Position numbers and translations under genes: made by a program
Shown here: one piece after another, positions 56,596-64,000 of the stretch
How positions within the stretch are numbered: the first letter of the stretch is position 1
Layout of the letters: each line of letters opens with the position of its first letter
Notes under the pieces: model-generated
What the model saw: only the letters and a program-made list of their open reading frames with translations
Database searches by the model: none
What the model was told of the DNA's origin: nothing
Assembly (NCBI RefSeq): GCF_001194135.2
Contig: NC_068991.1
Span: forward strand, 2,544,052-2,608,051
Direction: 5' to 3'
Length of the DNA: 64,000 nt
From: Octopus bimaculoides
Taxonomy: Eukaryota

Positions 56596-57394
56596 CTGAA
56601 ATAAAGATGCAAAGCTGAGATAACAGAAATGGTTGAATCACAGACAAAACAGCTGGGATTTGGTTTTAGCTCTTTGGTTTCTGAGTTGAGATCCTACTCA
56701 GGTAGACTCTTAGACCCTCCAGTGCCAATAAAATAAATACTCGAGTTAAACTATAAAGCTCTACACACTAGACCCGTGGCCTCCTTGGTTCTAAGGTCAC
56801 ATTCCTCGTGCCCTCATCCCACTCACCATCACAGACATTGACCATTTTCGGCATCAAATTCAAACCAACAGCATTTCACAAATAAAACATAACCTAATTA
56901 ACCCTTTATTTATTATTTTTTTTTTACATCCATTGCCCCATTTTGGTCATCCCATTATTGCCCCATTTTTCTTCAGTGCCCCCCTGGATCTTTCCACTGC
57001 CCCCAGAGGCATGGTACTGGTCTAAATGGTGGCCAGAGTCCAAAAACAGAAACCAGTAAATGGCAAATGTCTTCGATCATGGCTCTGGACTGACCAACAC
57101 TTTGGGAGTGAATTTGGTAGATGGAAACTGTGTGGAAGCCCAGTTATATATATGTGTGTGTGTGTATTCATGTTGTCCCCCCCCCCACTACTCGATAACT
57201 GGAGTTGGTTTGTTTACATCCCCATAACTTAACAGTCTGACAAAAGAGTTTGACAGAATAAGCAGCAGGCTTAAAAATAAGTCCTGCAGTCAATTTGTTT
57301 GACTAAACCTTCCATGCTGGTGCCCAATGACTGAAAGAAGAAGTAAATGATAAAAGCAAAAAAAACGATAATCTACAGCAGACTCTTTACTCAC

Positions 57395-57513
57395 GGCTCC
57401 TGATGTTCCGCCCATGCAGTTCTTTGCAATCTCTGCCAAGTCTTCGGCCAGGTCGGCCCAGTTGTCCACGGCTAAGTGACACTGCTGCACCGTGTTCAGT
57501 CTTTCGATGACGA
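57395..57513 (-). CDS. TKFC: TKFC exon: (V)VIERLNTVQQCHLAVDNWADLAEDLAEIAKNCMGGTSGA
   Basis: ccctgtctcccatcAG acceptor and GTgagt donor, 119 nt; MGGTSG motif. Confidence 0.93.
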
Positions 57514-58039
57514 CTGATGGGAGACAGGGAAATATATAAATGCAACAAAATCTGACAGGTGTGAACAGAAATACAAAACGACAGGCTGGAGACCAAAGAA
57601 CTTCGCAATATCACCATCATCATCATCATCACTAATTTAATGGCTACTTTGCTCTGCTTCCATGGATCAGATGGAATTTGTTGAGATGGGTTCTTTTTTT
57701 CTATGGTGTTACCAACATTTACCGGTTTCCAAGGAAGGTAAAATCCGTCTGCTCCATGTGTGCATGGAAAAGTGGATGTTGAAATGATAATGATGATGAT
57801 GGTGATGGGGATTTGAGACATAAGGACATGGGTTTAATGGACAGATTGGCAAAGTGACCGAGTGAGGACATAGATATGAACAAGATAGAGGGGAGGGGGA
57901 GAACAAAGGGACAAGAAGACTTACAGGAGTGGCATGTGGACAGAGTGACTGTAGAGAGTTGGAAATAGGGAGATGGGGAGTTAAGTTGAAAAGGAGGGGT
58001 AGAATGAAAATTGGAGTGAAAGAGAGGAGAGAAAAAGGG

Positions 58040-58301
58040 GCACATACAGGGAGAGAGGGAGAATGTCAACAGGAGAGACTAGTAAAAGAGAGCGAGAGAG
58101 AGAGAGAGAGAGATGGACAGACAGACAGAATGGGAACAGGAGAGACTTGTAAGGGAGAGAAAGAGAAGTACAGAGAGAGAGAGAGAGAGAGACGCACAGA
58201 CAGGCAGAGCAGGAGAATGTGATCAGGGGAGACTTATAATGGAGACAAAGAGAGACAGGCACACACAGGGAGAGAGGGAGAATGTCAATAGGAGAGACTA
58301 G

Positions 58302-58336
<35 letters not shown>

Positions 58337-58440
58337 CAGACAGAATGTGAACAGGAGAGACTTGTCAGGGAGAGAAAGAGAGGTAGAGAGGGAGGGGCAC
58401 AGAGAGGCAGAGCAGAAGAATGTGAACAGGTGAGACAACT
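58040..58440. repeat. Higher-order intronic repeat: six agaatgtgaacaggagagact monomers arranged as 2 x about 219 bp
   Basis: Monomers near 58060, 58127, 58215, 58279, 58342 and 58417. Confidence 0.8.
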
Positions 58441-58443
58441 TAC

Positions 58444-58578
58444 CTTGAGCCCCACGTGCCAGGGTGCTCCCACAATCCCCATCGCCACAAATGGTGTCCA
58501 GCTGATTCAAATATTCCTCGTTCTTCAACAGAGACTCACAAACTCGCTTCAGCAACTCATGTCGTGCAACATGTTTCA
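58444..58578 (-). CDS. TKFC: TKFC exon, start of Dak2: (V)KHVARHELLKRVCESLLKNEEYLNQLDTICGDGDCGSTLARGAQ
   Basis: ttttattgcAG acceptor and GTaagt donor, 135 nt; LN.LD...GDGDCG metal/ATP-binding motif. Confidence 0.95.
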
Positions 58579-59092
58579 CTGCAATAAAATAGTTTAGAGT
58601 TGATGGTTGTTGTTATTGTTGTTGTTGTTGCTATTTAACCCCAGGTGGATCTTAACTGGTTAAACCCATGATCAAAGACATTCAATTCAGGACTAACTCG
58701 GATAATGCATGTACCCTATAGTCTTTTTTTAAGACAGTAGATTGTTTGGCAAAGGAGACTGAAAGAATAAGTGTACTAGGCTTACAAAGAGTAAGTCCTG
58801 GGGTCGATTTGTTCGACTAAAGGCAGTGCTCCAGCATGGCCGCAGTCAAATGACTGAAACAAATAAAAGAATAAAAGAATACACACACACACACACATGC
58901 AAACGCAAATGCGCATGCATGCACACATGTATATACACACACACACACACACACACATACACTTACAAGACTGACCTCAGCAGGATTTGAACTCAGATAA
59001 TGGAAAGCCAGAATAAAAACAACAAGAATTTCTACCAGACACCAATTTACAGCAGTCTACCAGCCACAAGTGCATTATAGAAAAATACTTAC

Positions 59093-59227
59093 CAGCAGAA
59101 GTGTTGGTCAGTTTTGGCTTCTCAGTAAACGTGTTAGTTTGGACGTTGACAGTTGCAGGAGTATGTCGGTCAGTGGTGCCGACGGGTAGGCATGACCGAG
59201 GCCAGCTGGGTGCCGTGGTGGGAGCAT
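59093..59227 (-). CDS. TKFC: TKFC exon, end of Dak1 and linker: (D)APTTAPSWPRSCLPVGTTDRHTPATVNVQTNTFTEKPKLTNTSA
   Basis: tttatcccAG acceptor and GTaagt donor, 135 nt; DA.TTA..WP motif. Confidence 0.9.
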
Positions 59228-59746
59228 CTGGGATAAATGTCACAGAAGTTAGGTAACAGTATGGCATCATCAACAATTCCAACACATTTACACACTGCTA
59301 GCTGCCGCCAACACCACCACCACCACCACCACCACCACCCCATGCTTTAATGAGTTTTCTGATGCATCCAACCTTCATCCAAGCCATTTTGTTTCTCCTC
59401 TTCCCCCACCCTTTCCTTCTAACAGACCTAAAACAGACCACTAAGTCCNNNNNNNNNNNNNNNNNNNNNNNNNNNNNNNNNNNNNNNNNNNNNNNNNNNN
59501 NNNNNNNNNNNNNNNNNNNNNNNNNNNNNNNNNNNNNNNNNNNNNNNNNNNNNNNNNNNNNNNNNNNNNNNNNNNNNNNNNNNNNNNNNNNNNNACCAAC
59601 ATTGATTTGAAGAATGTACAAGCTGAACACAAACAGTATCGTCCAGTTTAGTCTTGGAGCATCTGTGAGGGACACAGACAGAGAGCCTCCTCCAGATTAT
59701 GTCAGAAGCAAGTTTATTTCTTCCGTCTACTACAGTACTACTACTG

Positions 59747-59786
<40 letters not shown>

Positions 59787-60330
59787 AAAGTACTCTGCCA
59801 TAAACTCTCCGTTCTACCCATTTCTCTCCAATGTGGTTGTTGTTGCAATAATTGTTTAGCCTCAACTCAGCCCAGACTCATCAGGCCAATGATTGAAGCT
59901 ATCAGAGCAATGGCTGTCCTCTTTTAATCAGGCATGATTTCTCTTATACTATATTAAGGAATCTTGTCTTTTTTTTATAAAGATAAGATGTCATTTATAA
60001 GAGGTTTGGTTGCTATTTCTAGCAGATTTGAGTGACTATGTAGAGGTTTCTTCATCATCCTTTATGATCATGCTGTTGTTTACCCCAGGTCAACTTTAAT
60101 CCAGAAGAACTTCTGCTCAAAACCAATCCAGCTGTGACTATCCCATTTTTTAATTAAGATATAGCATGTCTAGCAGCACATCACCCAAAGTGACCTTTCA
60201 TTTTGAAGATGGGAAAAGTAGGGATGATTTGAGGAATATTTAACTACTATTTCTAGCATATTGGTTATGCCTCTCCTTATAATAAAGTGCAAAAACTGAG
60301 GTGAAAATAAGACACAGGTCTTTTACTTAC

Positions 60331-60450
60331 CAAGGTATTTCTTGTAGGTTTTGTTGAGGTGGAGAAGGGTTATGGAGACACCCCTCATATTTAGGGATGT
60401 AATAAAGGTACCAGAGTAAACACGGCTGACACACAGACCCTTGTTATCTT
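60331..60450 (-). CDS. TKFC: TKFC exon: (E)DNKGLCVSRVYSGTFITSLNMRGVSITLLHLNKTYKKYL
   Basis: ttgtttcacAG acceptor and GTaagt donor, 120 nt; motif GTF.TSL.M.G.S.TLL. Confidence 0.93.
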
Positions 60451-60520
60451 CTGTGAAACAAATAGGAAAAGAGAAAGTGAAAAGTCTTTTATATGTCTGA
60501 GCATGTGTGAGTGTGTTTGG

Positions 60521-60570
<50 letters not shown>

Positions 60571-60840
60571 ATGTATGTGTGTGTTTGTGTGTCTGTGTTT
60601 GTCTCCCCACCATCGCTTGACAACTGATGTTGGTGTGTTTACATCCCCATCACTTAGTGGTTCGGCAAAACAGACCGATAGAATAAGTACAAGGCTTACA
60701 AAAAATAAGTCCTGGGGTTGATTTGTTCGACTAAAGGCAGTGCTCCAGTATGGCTGCAGCCAAATGACTGAAACAAATAAAAGAACAAAAAAAGAAAAAG
60801 GTTGAAAAGCACACAAAACTAGGAATTGATCTAAACTTAC

Positions 60841-60930
60841 CAAGATATGTTATGGTTTCTTTTGCAATTGTATTCAATTCTATAGTTGTAAGGCCCCCTA
60901 GGTTATTGATGATACAGGCCACTTCCTCTC
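60841..60930 (-). CDS. TKFC: TKFC exon: (G)EEVACIINNLGGLTTIELNTIAKETITYL
   Basis: tttctttcAG acceptor and GTaagt donor, 90 nt; conserved Dak1 motif NNLGGL..EL. Confidence 0.93.
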
Positions 60931-60999
60931 CTGAAAGAAACGTTGAGATAACATAATCGAGAAAAACAAAACATATTGAACAATCAACAAATGATAGCA

Positions 61000-61044
<45 letters not shown>

Positions 61045-61559
61045 TGGGTGGGGACAGATAGACAGACAAATAGGCAGACAGGTAGCTAAATAGACAGACA
61101 GACAGACAGATAGACAGATATATAGATAAATAGACAGACAGACAGATAGATAGATATATAGATAAATAGACAGACAGGCAGGCAGACAGACAGACAGACA
61201 GATAGAGAGATAGATGGATGGATGGATGGATGGATGGATGGATGGAGGGATAGACAAACAAACATGCACACATTTCCCCGTACAATTTACTGGTCATTTC
61301 TGTTATGATCATTTGAAATCAGAAATGAATAAATAAATAAACAAATCAGAGTTAATTATCAGAATCAAATATTGGAAACATTGGAAGAAATTATGGATCT
61401 GGAATTGTTATTTTTGAGTTGGAGCCAAAAAAAAAAAAAAAAAAAAAAACCTCAAGAATGAAAAACAAAACTTCAACATTAAACTTGTTAGCCAGACATA
61501 TGGTTGTGTTTCCAATAGTACAACTTTGAAAGAAACTCTCCTGCCAAGATATACAGACA

Positions 61560-61790
61560 CATCATCATCATCATCAACATCATTTGATATCTGTTTTGCA
61601 TGCTGGCATGGGTTGGATGGTTTCACAGGATTTGGCAAACTATAGGGCTGTGTTGAGCTCCAGTGTCATTTCTGGCATGCTTCCTACACCTGGATGCCTT
61701 CCCTATCGTCGACCACTTTACACTGCATACCAGGTGTTTTTTACATAGCACCAGCACTAATGAGGTCACCATGTAATTTGCAAAACAGAA
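61560..61790. mobile_element. Repeat related to an RTE 3' end, with a (CAT)n edge
   Basis: catgctggcatgggttggatgg...ctggatgccttccc motif; an older copy lies at about 57600-57760. Confidence 0.5.
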
Positions 61791-62133
61791 AAGGAACATA
61801 CGTATTAAACCACACACACACACACACATGTGCATACTCACATATGGTAATAAATGGAAACTGATTTATGCATGTATATATGTTTTGAGTATTTAAAATG
61901 ATTTCATTTAATGGCTCTGAGGGAGCAAGAGGATGTTGCACAAAAACTCCATCCTGAACGTATTGCTTCTGATAGCAGAAACAGCTACAAGCCAATGAAG
62001 CTGATTGTGTGATTCTTGTTCTTTTGTCATTTATTAATAAATATTACACTTTGCATTTGCTGAATACTTTACTCTAAAAGCTTAGACATATCAAATGAAT
62101 ATAAAAATATGTAATAAATTTTTTTTTTTTTTC

Positions 62134-62474
62134 GTGAAGGTGTATGGCCCAGTGGTTAGAATGTCAGGCTCACAATCATGAGGTAGTGAGTTTGGTTCCT
62201 GGATGGGGCTGTGTGTTGTGTTCTTGAGCAAGACTTTTTATTTCACATTGTTCCACTTCATTCAGATGTAGAAATGAGTTGCAACATCACTGGTGCCAAG
62301 CTGTATCGGCCCCTTTGCTTTTCCCTTGGACAACATCAGTGGTGTGGAAAGTGGAAGACTAGTATGCATAGGCAACTGCTGGTCTTCCATAAATAACCTT
62401 GCCCAGACTTGTGCTTCAGAGGGTAACTTTCTAGGTGCAATCCCATGATCCTTCATGACCAAAGGGGGTCTTTT
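62134..62474 (+). mobile_element. tRNA-derived SINE, third family (tggcccagtggttag head, tgtgttcttgagcaa core)
   Basis: A box and B box-like head; related heads at 46125-46304 (-) and 28640-28750 (-). Confidence 0.72.
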
Positions 62475-62617
62475 AATTAACATTTTAAAAAAATATGTGT
62501 ATATAAATATCTATTATAATATTTAGTGTGTGCAATGTAAATACTTATCCCCTGGGGGGACGCACACAACTCAGCACAGTCCAACACATCACACCCTACC
62601 ACATACCTGAAACTCAC

Positions 62618-62702
62618 CAGATCCAGCCTGGAATCCATTGCAGTTATCAGGATTAAACATGTGACCCAGCATCACAGCCACAGCATCTTTAGCAGAAGAA
62701 AA
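62618..62702 (-). CDS. TKFC: TKFC exon: FSSAKDAVAVMLGHMFNPDNCNGFQAGS
   Basis: ctgtatttcAG acceptor and GTgagt donor, 85 nt, phase 0/1; phases join both neighbouring exons. Confidence 0.9.
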
Positions 62703-62979
62703 CTGAAATACAGACAGAATTGTAGAAGGAATAACAAGTAAAGAAAGAAAAAAAGATCTCAAGAATACAATTGCAATTTGCTAGAATGTTACCAACAGCA
62801 TCAAGAAATCTGACCATTCAAAAGTTCATGTGGAACCAGATCTAACAACAATTTCATCTTAAGTGCACATTTTCAAGGCAAGACTATTACTATATATTGA
62901 TAGCAAAGAGCCTTCTTGGATCTTCAGCTTTGGAAGTAGTCAGGGAGGAAGGGATACACATAAAACAAAAGAGAAGGAT

Positions 62980-63079
62980 ACAGTTCTATATTCAAGAGAT
63001 GAGGAATTATGTACGTTATTTACATTATTTACATTTGACGGATATTTGTCCTCATCTTGTTTGTTGTTGTTGTTATTAC

Positions 63080-63123
<44 letters not shown>

Positions 63124-63372
63124 CCCATGGGCATATGGCATAGTGGTTAAGAGAGCGGGGCTACTAACCCCAAGATTCCGAGTTCGATTCCAGGCAGTGA
63201 CCTGAATGATAATAATAATAACAACAACAACATCGAAAAATAACTTAGGAATGAGAACCCAGGTTCGAAATTTCCCCAAGACACCTGATGAAGGCTGGAG
63301 GGTATATCAGCCGAAACGTTGTGTTAACAACAAACAAGATGAGGACAAATATCCGTCAAATGTAAATAATGT
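62980..63372 (+). mobile_element. tRNA-headed SINE-like element with hammerhead and inverted 3' tail copy, in a TKFC intron
   Basis: A box TGGCATAGTGG 63136-63146, B box GAGTTCGATTCC 63180-63191; 48-bp perfect inverted repeat 63021-63068 / 63326-63373; direct repeat aaaagagaaggat at 62967-62979 and 63373-63385. Confidence 0.8.
63280..63325 (+). ncRNA. Minimal (dimer-type) type I hammerhead ribozyme motif inside a SINE
   Basis: GACAC-CUGAUGA-A-GGCUGG agggtata UCAGCC-GAAA-CG-UU|GUGUU: 5-bp stem I, 6-bp stem II, loopless palindromic ACGU stem III as in minimal hammerheads of Penelope-like elements. Confidence 0.7.
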
Positions 63373-63436
63373 AAAAGAGAAGGATTCTAGGAATACAAGA
63401 ATATGCCTAAGGCAAAACCAAAATAAGATGTCTTAC

Positions 63437-63471
63437 CTTTAGTCTTTTCACACCTGCTTCTCCATGAAGAC
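63437..63471 (-). CDS. TKFC: TKFC exon: (G)LHGEAGVKRLK, carrying the catalytic His motif G(I/L)HGE
   Basis: tctttctaacccAG acceptor and GTaaga donor, 35 nt, phase 1/0. Confidence 0.93.
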
Positions 63472-63509
63472 CTGGGTTAGAAAGATTAGTGGTTGGGGTT
63501 ACAAGATTG

Positions 63510-63566
<57 letters not shown>

Positions 63567-63827
63567 GTGGTTTTATGTTGCCTCCTTTCAGGTATTTCTT
63601 ACAGAAAGACCATCTTGTCGGCTGGATACAGGATAGGTACACAGGTACACCCCACCCCACTCTCTTTAACCAACTCAAGGAAGAAACAAGTCACTGACAA
63701 TGGGTACCTCTACCATATTTCTGCAGAATGGTTCCTCTCATTTTGGCAGCTCGCATATGCAACAACAACAACAGCAATAATGACAATAACGATAGGAAAA
63801 AGACAGGTAACACAGGTTGTTACTTAC

Positions 63828-63917
63828 CCAGACCAAGTTCCATTTCACCTGTCTCCAAAGAGAAGAGAGGGCCAACCCCTGGAACGGTACAACCACTGAG
63901 ACTAAGGCCAATGGTAC
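63828..63917 (-). CDS. TKFC: Triokinase/FMN cyclase (DAK) coding exon, first one inside the window: (G)TIGLSLSGCTVPGVGPLFSLETGEMELGL
   Basis: ttattcgcAG acceptor and GTaagt donor, phase 1/1, 90 nt; matches the Dak1-domain segment GTLGVSLSSCSVPG...ELGLG of animal TKFC as I recall it. Confidence 0.93.
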
Positions 63918-64000
63918 CTGCGAATAAGACAGAATAGCAAAACAGTGAAAGGTCAATGGTAGTGAGAGAGACAGTGATGGTGATGGTGATGATGATGGGG

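Noticed and set aside
61880-61995. Possible extra TKFC exon
   Set aside because: The flanking exons (62618 and 60930) already join in phase with no missing domain sequence; no TKFC similarity in any frame.
63121-63205. Functional tRNA gene (also 18860-18915 and other SINE heads)
   Set aside because: A and B boxes are present, but there is no complete cloverleaf or acceptor stem and each continues into SINE body.

Overview
Animal genomic DNA, AT-rich and dense in microsatellites and SINEs, from a draft assembly with about 15 N gaps. The repeat families look like Octopus; this is recognition and inference, not a database result. There are no prokaryotic features and no CRISPR array, and most six-frame ORFs are microsatellite or N-gap artefacts. 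Two spliced genes were rebuilt by hand, with consistent GT-AG phases, in convergent orientation. (1) Minus strand, 63917->54773: the last 12 coding exons (about 395 aa) of triokinase/FMN cyclase (TKFC/DAK); the 5' part lies beyond the window. (2) Plus strand, 12919->40281: an uncharacterised gene with 5 exons and 324 aa that the ORF track does not show as one unit, with a possible PH/GRAM-like core and a Cys cluster; exon 1 is tentative. Mobile DNA includes several tRNA-headed SINE families, an R4/Dong-like RLE retrotransposon fragment sitting inside a (TATG)n array, CR1-like and RTE fragments, two Penelope-like GIY-YIG endonuclease tails, mariner fragments, a hAT MITE nested in a SINE, and a 28S rRNA fragment. 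The most interesting signal is two hammerhead-ribozyme folds. One is a complete type I hammerhead at 14859-14909 (-). The other is a minimal hammerhead at 63280-63325 (+) inside a tRNA-headed SINE whose insertion has Penelope-like architecture (inverted 3' tail plus a 13-bp direct repeat). This suggests a ribozyme-bearing Pol III SINE mobilised by Penelope-like elements.
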